Below, piece after piece: positions 39,254 to 49,419 of a stretch of 64,000 bases of DNA. The stretch comes from Candidatus Poribacteria bacterium (GTDB lineage: Bacteria; Poribacteria; WGA-4E; WGA-3G), in NCBI GenBank assembly GCA_965205015.1, contig OZ242029.1, forward strand, positions 4,224,001 through 4,288,000, given 5' to 3'. The notes under the pieces were generated by a model. It was not told the DNA's origin and did not search any database. It worked only from the letters and a program-made list of their open reading frames with translations. A program made the position numbers and the translations under genes. The first letter of the stretch is position 1, and each line of letters starts with the position of its first letter.

Positions 39254-40012
39254 CTACCGAATATAATCTGAACGCAACTCAAGTCTCAACAACCGCCATC
39301 CCCCCGTTCTGTCGTCGAGTTCAGCCTTTACAGCGTCTATCTCCGGCAATGCTTCATACGTATCGGCATCTGCCTTCGTGGCAAACTCAAACGCAACCAA
39401 GCGATGCGGGGATTCTCCATAATAGTTGTCGTAAGACGTGATCCTTTTGACTTGATGCGGGGCAACTAATACCGCAGAAATGGAATCCACCCATTCCACA
39501 TACGCCTGTTTTCCGCCAAGCGGATAGTCAACAACATTGATAATCTTCATCTGCCAATCGCCTACCTCACCCGCCGCATAGTCGGAGCGTTGGATAAACG
39601 TATGAACAGTTGTGTCGCTGGACCGATTTGGAAGTTCTTCGAGAATCTCAGCGATCTCTGGACGGTTGAGATACGTTGCCATCTCCAGAAAGCTCCCAAA
39701 CTCAAACTCAACGAGGCGGTGTGGACTTATACCCGCTTCAATATTGTCGTAAGACCGGATCCGAATGACCTCTTTGGGAACTTGCAGTGTTGATGCTATG
39801 GACGCAATCCATTGAAGATACACGTCCTTACCGCTTTCGGGGTAGTCAATGAACCAGACTAACTTCACGGGAATCCCTGGCATCGGTTCATCTGCGGTCG
39901 TGTCCACAGGCATAACGTCAAGCACCTGCTTTTGGGTTCTCTCACAGCCTACGAGTAGAAAAAAGCCAATGAGAAGTATCACTGACAGTTTTGCGAATCT
40001 CAAAATCATCAT
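39254..40012 (-). CDS. Lipoprotein with an internally duplicated domain (EthD/dimeric alpha-beta barrel-like)
   Basis: LVGC lipobox; DYP..GK..Y..W...SYDN...SPHRLV occurs twice; GGAGG RBS. Confidence 0.7.
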   Translation of the reverse strand: MMILRFAKLSVILLIGFFLLVGCERTQKQVLDVMPVDTTADEPMPGIPVKLVWFIDYPESGKDVYLQWIASIASTLQVPKEVIRIRSYDNIEAGISPHRLVEFEFGSFLEMATYLNRPEIAEILEELPNRSSDTTVHTFIQRSDYAAGEVGDWQMKIINVVDYPLGGKQAYVEWVDSISAVLVAPHQVKRITSYDNYYGESPHRLVAFEFATKADADTYEALPEIDAVKAELDDRTGGWRLLRLELRSDYIR

Positions 40013-40309
40013 CAATCCTCCTTGTTTGCGAAAAATAGCGTCAACTCTCAGATCGGTAGATAGCAGACAGGTTTTCGCGATCCAGCGCATGGAACCTGCC
40101 ATCCAGTCAGAAGCATTACAATGTAAAAGCAGTTTTCCGACATACTCAGGTCGATGCAACGAGACGTCAAAACCTAATCTCTATAACGGCGGCGGGGGCG
40201 AGGGGGTTAGAAGGATCGCCCCCATAAGAAGATTCTGACGTTGGCGGGTGGGGTCAAAATCTGTTAGAGGGCCCCACCCATACGCTCGCCAGCACGGGGT
40301 CTTGATCCT

Positions 40310-42346
40310 TTACTTTACGATTAACAGTTTGCGAGTCGCCGTGAAATCCCCTGCCGTCAGCGTATAGAAATACACACCACTCGCAACAGGTTCACCGACA
40401 CCGTTTCTGCCATCCCAATACGCCGCACGACTCTGATCGGTATAATATCCTGCGGTCTGGTGTCCGAGATCCAACCGACGGACAACGCTGCCGCGGATGT
40501 CGTAAATCGTTATCAAGACCTCCGCAGCCGTTGTCAACTGATATGGGATCCACGTTTCTGGGTTGAACGGATTTGGGTAGTTGGGCAAAAGAGACGTCTC
40601 TCTGGGTGTTAATGATACAAGGAGCTGCTGAAGCATTAGAATTCCGCGTTGAAAGGTATGATTGGTAAGGTTGACGTGCTGTGCTTCATAGAGCCATTGT
40701 TCTACCATTGTGCGTCTTGGCACTAACGCTCTATCGTCGTTTGCTATCTGAGGTGCGCTTGGCAGATTCCCGATCGCGCCAGCGACTTTAACTAAGTCTA
40801 CAATATCGACAACCCCATCGCCGTTGACATCTGCGGGGTTTTCACCCGTCTTTCCGAAGTTTGAAGCGATGAGTACCAGATCCAAGACGTTTAGTGAACC
40901 GTCCTCATTGACATCTTCAGCGATGGATGCCGGTTGAATCGTTCTGCCTTTTTCTATCGGGTCTTCTCCGACGCTACTATTTTCAACGCGAGGATAGAGA
41001 CGCTGACCCTCCAAATCAACAAGAGAGGCTTGGGATAGGAAAAAACCCGATGCTCTGCTATCAACGACCTGAAATGTGATTCTCGCAAGCGTGCCGTCAC
41101 CGGTGGTGTCCTTTGCCCCTGCTGCTGCCAAGGTTACATAACTTTTTTCAACAACGGGTGCTGCAAAGAACACTCCATCAGGTAGATACTCACCGTTAGC
41201 ACTTGAAAAATAGATGAGCGTATTCGGGTCAAAGACGACAATTGCTTCATAGCCAGCTACATTTTCTCCACCTGAAATGTTCAGAGAGACGGTAAGTTGT
41301 TCCCCAATACCAAGTGCTTCCGTTGAGATAGGAGAGAGACTCAAAGTCGCAGGCGTAGTGGCAGAGACTGTCAGGTCCCATAGGGTGATCGTGTTATCCC
41401 CGCGCCGGTCTATACCACTTGCCAACGTCCGACCATCGGGCGAAAAGGCTATACTCAAGACCTTATCCGTATGCCCTGTGAGGATGGCTTTAATCTCTCC
41501 TGATGCGACATCCCATAAACGCACCGTTTTATCATAACTCCCACTTGCCAACGTCCGACCATCGGGCGAAAACGCTACACTCGTAACACCCTCTGAATGC
41601 CCTGTGAGCGTTGTTTTACGTTCCTCGGATGTGACATCCCATAAATGCACCGTTTCACCACTACTACTTGCGAGCGTGCTACCATTGGGAGAAAATGCCA
41701 CGCCCCCACTCCATCGACCCCACGATATACTTTCTGAAAGGGTCGTTTTGAGTTCTCCCGATGCCACATCCCATAAATGTACCGTCCCAGCACCTGCACC
41801 ACTTGCCAGTGTCCGATCATCAGGCGAAAACGCTACACTATGAACCCCCTCCGAATGCCCTATGAGGATAGATTTAATCTGACCTGATGCCGCATCCCAT
41901 AAACGCACCGTTTTATCATGACTCCCACTTGCCAGCGTCCGACCATCCGGAGAAAATACGACGCTGCTGAGGCTATCCGAATGCCCTGTGAGGATAGATT
42001 TAATCTGACCTGATGCCACATCCCATAAACGTATCTTTTTATCTTCACCTCCCATGGCAAGCGTCCGACCATCGGGCGAAAATGCGACACTATTGATCGC
42101 ATCCGTATCCTCTGTGAGCGTTGTTTTACGTCCCTCCGATGTCAGGTCCCATAAAATAGCAGTATCTCTACCGCGCCACCCACCACTGGCGAGACTTTGC
42201 GAATCGGGGCTAAAAGCTAAGCTATGGATATTACCACCCCAACGCCCCAGTTTAAGGGGGGCTTTCTGTCGTGGTGGCGAATCTGCGGCAAACGTGTTCA
42301 TCGAAAACAGCAGTAGAAGGGTCAGTAGATTTATGGTTATTTTCAT
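40310..42346 (-). CDS. Secreted WD40 + cohesin-like + dockerin-like + C-terminal sorting-like domain protein
   Basis: Signal peptide; WD40 repeats; DVNEDG/DVNGDG motifs; NYPNPFNPETWIPYQL C-terminal domain. Confidence 0.9.
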   Translation of the reverse strand: MKITINLLTLLLLFSMNTFAADSPPRQKAPLKLGRWGGNIHSLAFSPDSQSLASGGWRGRDTAILWDLTSEGRKTTLTEDTDAINSVAFSPDGRTLAMGGEDKKIRLWDVASGQIKSILTGHSDSLSSVVFSPDGRTLASGSHDKTVRLWDAASGQIKSILIGHSEGVHSVAFSPDDRTLASGAGAGTVHLWDVASGELKTTLSESISWGRWSGGVAFSPNGSTLASSSGETVHLWDVTSEERKTTLTGHSEGVTSVAFSPDGRTLASGSYDKTVRLWDVASGEIKAILTGHTDKVLSIAFSPDGRTLASGIDRRGDNTITLWDLTVSATTPATLSLSPISTEALGIGEQLTVSLNISGGENVAGYEAIVVFDPNTLIYFSSANGEYLPDGVFFAAPVVEKSYVTLAAAGAKDTTGDGTLARITFQVVDSRASGFFLSQASLVDLEGQRLYPRVENSSVGEDPIEKGRTIQPASIAEDVNEDGSLNVLDLVLIASNFGKTGENPADVNGDGVVDIVDLVKVAGAIGNLPSAPQIANDDRALVPRRTMVEQWLYEAQHVNLTNHTFQRGILMLQQLLVSLTPRETSLLPNYPNPFNPETWIPYQLTTAAEVLITIYDIRGSVVRRLDLGHQTAGYYTDQSRAAYWDGRNGVGEPVASGVYFYTLTAGDFTATRKLLIVK

Positions 42347-42457
42347 GCTAAAGTCTTCCTTTTTTGAAAATGAAATAAAAATCAAACAATGCTATAGCAT
42401 TCTCAATGCTATCCGTTTGCGAGAAACCCCCGCTGTCTGCTGGATCCGCGCGGGGGG

Positions 42458-42778
42458 TTATGTGCGAGATGTAAGCCAGTCCTCTACTTCCGCTATGAGT
42501 TTTGCCATGTCTGCTTCCAATACGCCGAATTTCTTTGCGAGTGCTATAGGCATCTCGCGACACGGGTACGTCTCTATCCACCTTTTGAGTTGCGCCCGAG
42601 ATCGGGTCGTGCGCATCAGATTTGCAATCGTCTCCATATATTCAGGGTCCTCTATCGCGGCACGCACCTCAGCTGCACTTAGGTCCAGATGTGATCCTAA
42701 GTTTTCTATTTCTTTCTTGTGAAACCACTGACGCATGGCAAGAATTTGAGGCACTCTGAAGGAGGGTTGCGTTTTCAT
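42458..42778 (-). CDS. Hypothetical helical protein (106 aa)
   Basis: AAGGAG RBS before MKTQPS. Confidence 0.6.
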   Translation of the reverse strand: MKTQPSFRVPQILAMRQWFHKKEIENLGSHLDLSAAEVRAAIEDPEYMETIANLMRTTRSRAQLKRWIETYPCREMPIALAKKFGVLEADMAKLIAEVEDWLTSRT

Positions 42779-42795
42779 AAGAATCTCCTTGCTTT

Positions 42796-43677
42796 TCATC
42801 TCAGCAATTTCAAGACATGCGGTCGGAACACTTCGTGTAATTTCATGAGTCTCTCGTGCAACCATGAAAACTCTTGATCGGTGTTAGCCCTGTCTACATG
42901 TCCCACGGTGTTATTGGCGAATCCAATTCGGTCTCTTCTTTCATCCTCCCATATTAATTCGCCAAGATTGTTCCCAACGTCTCTTTCAATACTACTCTTC
43001 TGTTCTTCCAATTGATCGTAATGTGTTGAGGTCTTCATGCAGAGGTTCGCTTGTAGTTTCTCATTATCTCTATACGCTACGAGCCAAACAGCACCCTCTT
43101 TATGTCTGTCCTCAGATTTAAGGGTTTTTCCATCAATCTGGATACCATAAATGGAAGGTAAATCGGGTTCAGGAAACAACTGTAGTTCTTTCTCATTTTC
43201 CACGTAAGTTTTGAATTGATCCCAATACGTTTTCCCCAAGGGATCATTAGCAGCCGGTTGTGTAGAAGGTTGTCGATAGGGTTTATGCTCCCTTTTGTGA
43301 CATTCCTGGCATAACGCGACCAAGTCAGAAAGGGGTTCTTTCCCAATATTTTTATAGGTTTTATGATGCGCCTCAGTCGCCTTAGCACCACAGACACATT
43401 GCCCCCCATCGCGTTGTTTGACTGCGTCTCGCTTCGTCTCCCATGCAGGCGAGTCGAGATATTCTTTATAAGTTCCGCAGTTATTATCCGGGTCCAGTAC
43501 CTTGAGTAAGCAGTGCCAGACCTCCGCACGAAAGATAGAAGCCTCTGAAAACTTCGGGTAAAGAGCAACTGCTTCGTTGAGCAGTTCTATAGCGCGCTTA
43601 CAGTCCCCCATTGAGGGGTTCTGAAATAAACTCACAGCCGCGGCATAGTAGTTCCTTGCTCTCATTTTATTATCCAT
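42796..43677 (-). CDS. HNH endonuclease with N-terminal TPR-like and C-terminal DUF4268-like domains
   Basis: CVC...AHHKTY...DLVALCQECHKREH HNH zinc motif. Confidence 0.8.
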   Translation of the reverse strand: MDNKMRARNYYAAAVSLFQNPSMGDCKRAIELLNEAVALYPKFSEASIFRAEVWHCLLKVLDPDNNCGTYKEYLDSPAWETKRDAVKQRDGGQCVCGAKATEAHHKTYKNIGKEPLSDLVALCQECHKREHKPYRQPSTQPAANDPLGKTYWDQFKTYVENEKELQLFPEPDLPSIYGIQIDGKTLKSEDRHKEGAVWLVAYRDNEKLQANLCMKTSTHYDQLEEQKSSIERDVGNNLGELIWEDERRDRIGFANNTVGHVDRANTDQEFSWLHERLMKLHEVFRPHVLKLLR

Positions 43678-43836
43678 TGGAACGCCTTTCTTTTTGACCC
43701 CTTGTGATTGTGGAGTGTTGCGTTTTACTTGCGTATCAATAACTTCCGTGTGGCTCTGAAATCCCCTGCCGTCAGCGTGTAGAAATAGACACCACTTGCT
43801 ACTGGCTCTCCTAAACTATTTCTGCCGTCCCAGTAG
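43660..43836. repeat. 177-bp direct repeat, copy 1 (gene end + intergenic + next start)
   Basis: Near-identical to 46407-46583 at offset 2747. Confidence 0.9.
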
Positions 43837-46424
43837 GCGGCGCGACTGCGGCTTTCATAGATGCCCGCAGGCTGGTGTCCAAGGTGTAGATGCCGAACCG
43901 TTCTGCCGCGGACCTCATAGATATGCAAGGTGACTGCGCTCGGTTCAGCAAGTTGGTAAGGGATCCACGTTTCGGGATTGAACGGGTTTGGATAGTTCGC
44001 GAGTAAAACCGTCTCATCGGGACGGACTTCTGCCAGTGTCGGCGCAGCAGGAACATCTCCGACCTCAAAACGGACAATCTCTGTGAAATCATGTCGCTGT
44101 GTATTTCCTGCTTTATCAAATACAGTCATCTCAGCGAGTCCCCATATACCTGGAGCACTACCGACAGGTAAAACGATTCGCTGGTGATATTCCTTAAAAA
44201 GAGCAGGGTTACCGGCAAAATACAGCCCACCGTCTCCGTCTGGATAGTGAAAAAAACCGTGCATAAGCCCCTGTGGATCTCTTAAATTCAGGCGGCTTAT
44301 GTCATAACCGCTGATGTTATCTTTAATCCTAAAGGAAATATCAACGATTGTTTCACCATTGGGTGCCTCTGGTATCGTCGGTTCGGCTTTAATCGCGATA
44401 CGGTTAACATCCAATACGGGTGGCTCAAGGTCGGGTGTCTTTGTTTTTACCTCAATCGTTTTGGGTGCCTCGTCTCTGTTGTCCTCTGTAAAATAAACAC
44501 GGGATTTATTCAAAGCAATATCTGACATGGTAATAAAATCAAGGCTGTAAATACCACTTGGCATATATTCAGCTAACGGAAATCTCACGACGACTCTCTC
44601 TGATTCACTATCATAGCCACCATATTCAAACTGTCTGTTATGTATTATTGAAGGCGTCTCCCTCAAATCATCATTTAAAAACGCAGAAACCCATTCTATA
44701 CCTGTTTTTTCTATCACCTGCCAACTGGCTGTAACGATCTGATAAGGTTTCCCGTCAGATGTAATCGCTCTGGACAATGAAAGTATCATTGAGTTCGGAA
44801 CATATTTCGGTGCCTCACAATCGGAAAGCGGATTATTGACATAGAGTTTCCAACCATAGTCAATTTGAGATCCATGGCGTTCATCGCCATGGACATCCCA
44901 TATCCTAATTGCGTCAGGACGCCAATATCCTTCCGCGGCATATTTTGAGAGCGTTGCTTCTCCACGCAATATGTGTCCAGCAGCGACAGGTGTACCATTG
45001 GCATCAACCGGGGTCATCCACGCAACATCAAAAAACGTGTCTTTATCCGAAAAGACTCGGATATATGCGCCTGTTGCAGCGTCGAGGTCGTTCTCACCAT
45101 GAATCTCAATTTCCACCGTTATCTGCTTATCTGCTTCAGGTGCCCCCTCAACGCGTATGTCAATGCGTATAATCCGTCCCGGATAGACATAATCGGGCCA
45201 GAGGTTGTAGACCTCAAAGGTTAAGTCTTCGCGGATCTTTGAGATATAGCGGGTGCCGTGCATGACTCGGTTTTGAATGAACTCATATTTCGCAGGCGAT
45301 CGCGATCGGAGTTTGTCGGGGCGGACGATGTAGTAGCTGATGCTCTCTGCCATATCCTCATTCGGATTCACACCGTGGGCATAAGCAGAGGCGAACTCAA
45401 CCTGTTTGGTAGTTGACCAGCCATCTTTATCGTCCGGATTTTCAAACCAACCGCCAAGTTCGATCCAATCCTGTTTCAGTTGTTCATCAAAGAGGTATTC
45501 CCATAAGAAGTGTGCTTTTTCATGAAGGATCAAACGGTGAATAGCGTCGGCTCCCTGCCCCTTAAAAGCAGATTCCATAAACTCAATATAGCCCGCGCCC
45601 GGCCACGCGACCGCGGGTGCCCTGGGATGTGTGGGATGGGGGGTGCCATCTAAACGCCGAACAAGATATTTCAGCCCTGGTATTTTTAGCATTCCCGAAG
45701 GATACTCCTCTAACATCGAGACGAGCGCGATAAGTTCTTCGTTCTTGAATTCGGAGAAACGTCCTGCAGGTTCACCTGTCAATTCGGTATAGTCCGGGAT
45801 ATTCACACTAACGGCATAACGCTCTTGTAAGATCCGTTCAAGGGCGTATCTATCGGCACCGTTGTCGGTGACAAAACGAACCACCCCCCGATGAAGCCGT
45901 TTGGAGAAATACCGACCCCGAACGCCTTCAATTTCAGCTAACAGTGGTGTGGCATGCACAAAGGCTGCCGTGGCAATCGTGACGATCCGATTCCCGCCTC
46001 GATATTCTACTGAAATATCATCTTGTATGTGCCGATCACTTAACCGCCACAAAGACGATTCCACTGACGGAGCATCCGAAAGCGGGTTGTTTATCACCTG
46101 TGGGATAGATTCAAACGTCTGGAGCAACCGATACGCAAGCCCTGGACTCCATTCAGTACCCAGATGCACCGAATACTTCCGTAGTAACGCCAACGACGCA
46201 CTATGAGACGCAACTTCTACCGGCTCGTCGAGGAATGTCACCTCTACTGGCGCAACAGGCGTCGCACTTTCCTGTCCCTCTGGCGTTTCGTCAAGTTCCC
46301 AGTGATACGTCCATAGATTTGGAGACTTGGTTTCTTGTTCTTCCGCAGACAGAAGCAACGTTGTAAGTGAAAATATCAGACACAGCATCATCTGTATGAT
46401 TCTATTTCTCATCTTATTATCCAT
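43725..46424 (-). CDS. Secreted zincin metallopeptidase-like protein with C-terminal sorting-like domain
   Basis: Signal peptide; ILHEKAH, EDMAES; NYPNPFNPETWIPYQL tail. Confidence 0.85.
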   Translation of the reverse strand: MDNKMRNRIIQMMLCLIFSLTTLLLSAEEQETKSPNLWTYHWELDETPEGQESATPVAPVEVTFLDEPVEVASHSASLALLRKYSVHLGTEWSPGLAYRLLQTFESIPQVINNPLSDAPSVESSLWRLSDRHIQDDISVEYRGGNRIVTIATAAFVHATPLLAEIEGVRGRYFSKRLHRGVVRFVTDNGADRYALERILQERYAVSVNIPDYTELTGEPAGRFSEFKNEELIALVSMLEEYPSGMLKIPGLKYLVRRLDGTPHPTHPRAPAVAWPGAGYIEFMESAFKGQGADAIHRLILHEKAHFLWEYLFDEQLKQDWIELGGWFENPDDKDGWSTTKQVEFASAYAHGVNPNEDMAESISYYIVRPDKLRSRSPAKYEFIQNRVMHGTRYISKIREDLTFEVYNLWPDYVYPGRIIRIDIRVEGAPEADKQITVEIEIHGENDLDAATGAYIRVFSDKDTFFDVAWMTPVDANGTPVAAGHILRGEATLSKYAAEGYWRPDAIRIWDVHGDERHGSQIDYGWKLYVNNPLSDCEAPKYVPNSMILSLSRAITSDGKPYQIVTASWQVIEKTGIEWVSAFLNDDLRETPSIIHNRQFEYGGYDSESERVVVRFPLAEYMPSGIYSLDFITMSDIALNKSRVYFTEDNRDEAPKTIEVKTKTPDLEPPVLDVNRIAIKAEPTIPEAPNGETIVDISFRIKDNISGYDISRLNLRDPQGLMHGFFHYPDGDGGLYFAGNPALFKEYHQRIVLPVGSAPGIWGLAEMTVFDKAGNTQRHDFTEIVRFEVGDVPAAPTLAEVRPDETVLLANYPNPFNPETWIPYQLAEPSAVTLHIYEVRGRTVRHLHLGHQPAGIYESRSRAAYWDGRNSLGEPVASGVYFYTLTAGDFRATRKLLIRK

Positions 46425-46583
46425 TGGAACGCCTTTCTTTTTGACCCCCTGTGATTGTGGAGTGTTGCGTTTTACTTGCGTATCAATAACTTCCGTGTGG
46501 CTCTGAAATCCCCTGCCGTCAGCGTGTAGAAATAAACACCACTCGCAACAGGCTCCCCTAAACTATTTCTGCCGTCCCAGTAG
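46407..46583. repeat. 177-bp direct repeat, copy 2
   Basis: Near-identical to 43660-43836. Confidence 0.9.
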
Positions 46584-49186
46584 ACCGCACGGTTTCTACC
46601 TGTATAATAGCCCGCTGACTGATGCCCAAGTGCTAAGGCGCGAACTAACATGCCTCTCGTATCGTAAATGCGAATCTGGACATCGCCGCTGTTTGCGAGT
46701 TGGTAAGGTATCCACGTCTCTGGGTTGAATGGATTCGGATAGTTTGCGAGCAGTTGTGTATCGTCAGGGAGTGAGGCAATCGTAGGTGCTGCAGGGGCCC
46801 CTTGTTCCACTTCAAAGCGGACGATCTCAGTAAAATCTGCGTTAAGTGTATTTTCCGCCTTGTCTGTTATATTCATTGCGGCAAGCCCCCAGGTGCCGGG
46901 AACGCTTCCGACTGGCAAGACAATTGTTTTATGATAGTTTTGGTAGACGGTTGGATCTCCATCAAAATAGACTTCACCCCGATCTGGGCGAGCATGCCAA
47001 AAAGGATGTGTTACACCTTGTGGATCGCGTAAATAGATGTGTGCAGAACTATATCCGCTGATATTGTCCTTAATCCTGAAAGTAATGTCTACTTGTGTTT
47101 CACCATTTGGTGCTTCTGGATGTGTTGGCTCTGCCTGAATTGTAATTTGATTTAAATCTAAAACAGATGGTGTGCTATCAGGATTTTTCGTCTGAACCTC
47201 AATTGTGTAGGGGCCTTCATCGAGAATGACGCGTTGGTTTTCTCGTAATATATCTCTTGGTGTGAAATATATCTTAAAGCCCTGTCCAGCAATATTACCG
47301 ACTCCAATGCTCGATAGTGTATATGTCCCACTTTGTCGATAGTCTGCAATAATTATATCACCAGTCACTTCACCTTTCTGCGCGAGGTCTTTTCCCTTTT
47401 CGCGCGGGTACGCAGCACCCCCACTTACAGAATAAGTTTCAGGGTTCTCATCGTTCATAGCTATACTACAACCCGTTAAAGGAACATGTGAAGGGGCGAT
47501 CCTCCAACGTACGGTCACGATCTGATAGGGTTTACCCTTTTCAGTTATTGCTTCTGATAAGGAGAGTTGGACTGAATTTTTGATATATTCTGGGGGTTTT
47601 AGGCTTTCAAGAGGATTGTTTATATAGAGTTTCCCTCCAAAATCAGTTTGTCCGTTGTGCCGCTCATTGCCATTGGCATCCTGGAGGCGCATTGCATCAA
47701 GTAGCCAATAGCCGTTTGCCGCATATCGTGATAACGTGAAATGTCCTCGAAGAATATGACCTGACTGGATACGTTGACCGTTAGTATCTACAGGCGAAAA
47801 GTGTATCCATTCAGAGTTGCCTTTTGGACCCCGAATTTGGGCACTAGCAGATTGCGCAGTGTCAAGATCACTCTCGCCGTGAATTTCGATCTCTATTGTT
47901 ATCCGCTTATCTTCTTCAGGTTCACCTTCAACCTGTATATCTACGCGTATAACCCGTCCCGGATATACGTAGTCAGGGTAGAGGTTGTAAACTTCAAAGG
48001 TTAAGTCCTCGCGTATCTTTGAAATATACCGTGTGCCGTGCATCACTCGGTTCTGGATAAACTCATATTTGGCAGGCGAACGCGAACGCAGTTTGTCAGG
48101 TCTCACAATATAAAAACTGATGCTCTCCGCCATGTCCTCATTCGGATTTATACCATGGGCATACGCGGAAACAAATTCAACCTGTTTCGTCGTTGACCAG
48201 CCATCGGGATCATCAGGGTTTTCAAACCAACCCCCAAGTTCAATCCAATCCTGCTTGAGCTGCTCATCAAAGAGATATTCCCATAAGAAATGTGCTTTTT
48301 CATGGAGAATCAAGCGGTGAATGTAGTCGGGACCTTGTGCTTTAAAGGCAGATTCCATAAATTCAATATAGCCTGCACCGGGCCACGCGACCGCGGGTGC
48401 AGTTGGATAAAGCGGATGCGGTGTTCCATCCAACCGCCGAACGAAATACTGCAGTCCAGGTGTTTTGAGCATACCTTGTGGAAATTCTTCAAGCATAGAC
48501 ACCAATGCCATTAATTCTTCGTTTTTGAATTCGGAAAAACGTCCCGCGTGTTCACCGGTTGTATGTTTTGTCAACTCACTGTAATCCGGGATATTTATGC
48601 TGACTGCGTATCGTTCCTGCAATATCCGTTCAAGCGCGTATCTATCGGCACCGTTGTCGGTGACAAACCGAACCACGGCATGGTGAAGACGTTTGGAGAA
48701 ATATCTGCCTCGCACGCCTTCAATTTCCGCTAATAGCGGTGTCGCATACACAAACGCCTCCTCGGCGATAGTAACAACCTGCTGTCCATCTCGGTATTCC
48801 ACCGAAATGTCATCTTGAATGTGACGGTTGTCTAATCGCCACACAGAGGGTTCCACCGCAGGACTCTCAGCATAAGGGTTGTTCGTTTCTTGCGGTATGG
48901 ATTCAAAAGTCTGGAATAACCTATACGCATGCCCTGGACTCCATTCAGTTCCTAAATAAACGGAATACTTCCGCATCAACGCTAAGGATGCACTATGGGA
49001 TACTACCTGTATGGGTTCATCAAGCAGTGTCACTTCTACAGGTTCAACGATGGTCGCACTTTCGCTGCCTTCGGGGGTTTCGTCTATTTCCCAATGATAG
49101 GTAAAAGAGGCACCTTGAGTGTCGGGATTACAAATCCCTCCTACAAGAAGGATAACTGAAATTAGGGCAAACTTGATAGTTTTCAT
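46472..49186 (-). CDS. Secreted zincin metallopeptidase-like protein (tandem paralog)
   Basis: Same HEKAH/EDMAES domain and C-terminal domain. Confidence 0.85.
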   Translation of the reverse strand: MKTIKFALISVILLVGGICNPDTQGASFTYHWEIDETPEGSESATIVEPVEVTLLDEPIQVVSHSASLALMRKYSVYLGTEWSPGHAYRLFQTFESIPQETNNPYAESPAVEPSVWRLDNRHIQDDISVEYRDGQQVVTIAEEAFVYATPLLAEIEGVRGRYFSKRLHHAVVRFVTDNGADRYALERILQERYAVSINIPDYSELTKHTTGEHAGRFSEFKNEELMALVSMLEEFPQGMLKTPGLQYFVRRLDGTPHPLYPTAPAVAWPGAGYIEFMESAFKAQGPDYIHRLILHEKAHFLWEYLFDEQLKQDWIELGGWFENPDDPDGWSTTKQVEFVSAYAHGINPNEDMAESISFYIVRPDKLRSRSPAKYEFIQNRVMHGTRYISKIREDLTFEVYNLYPDYVYPGRVIRVDIQVEGEPEEDKRITIEIEIHGESDLDTAQSASAQIRGPKGNSEWIHFSPVDTNGQRIQSGHILRGHFTLSRYAANGYWLLDAMRLQDANGNERHNGQTDFGGKLYINNPLESLKPPEYIKNSVQLSLSEAITEKGKPYQIVTVRWRIAPSHVPLTGCSIAMNDENPETYSVSGGAAYPREKGKDLAQKGEVTGDIIIADYRQSGTYTLSSIGVGNIAGQGFKIYFTPRDILRENQRVILDEGPYTIEVQTKNPDSTPSVLDLNQITIQAEPTHPEAPNGETQVDITFRIKDNISGYSSAHIYLRDPQGVTHPFWHARPDRGEVYFDGDPTVYQNYHKTIVLPVGSVPGTWGLAAMNITDKAENTLNADFTEIVRFEVEQGAPAAPTIASLPDDTQLLANYPNPFNPETWIPYQLANSGDVQIRIYDTRGMLVRALALGHQSAGYYTGRNRAVYWDGRNSLGEPVASGVYFYTLTAGDFRATRKLLIRK

Positions 49187-49419
49187 TGCTCTTTCTGGTC
49201 CCTTCTATAAAAATATCCAAATAACCATCGGTCTTGAGCGAGATGTTAGAATTAAGAGATATCACATTTCATTAGAAAAGTCAATCTTTTCTCGCTTCTT
49301 GAATTAAAAATGGGTAATTTTGATTGTGAGGGATGATTGGGGTCTGTAGGCACGTAGGTTGGAGATTAACGATAAGGCGAGGCGTGGGTGCCTCGCCCTA
49401 TCATGGGAATTGATCGGTT

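Noticed and set aside
36865-49186. Integron cassette array or diversity-generating retroelement
   Set aside because: No integrase or reverse transcriptase, no convincing attC sites, and no adenine-specific TR/VR pair.
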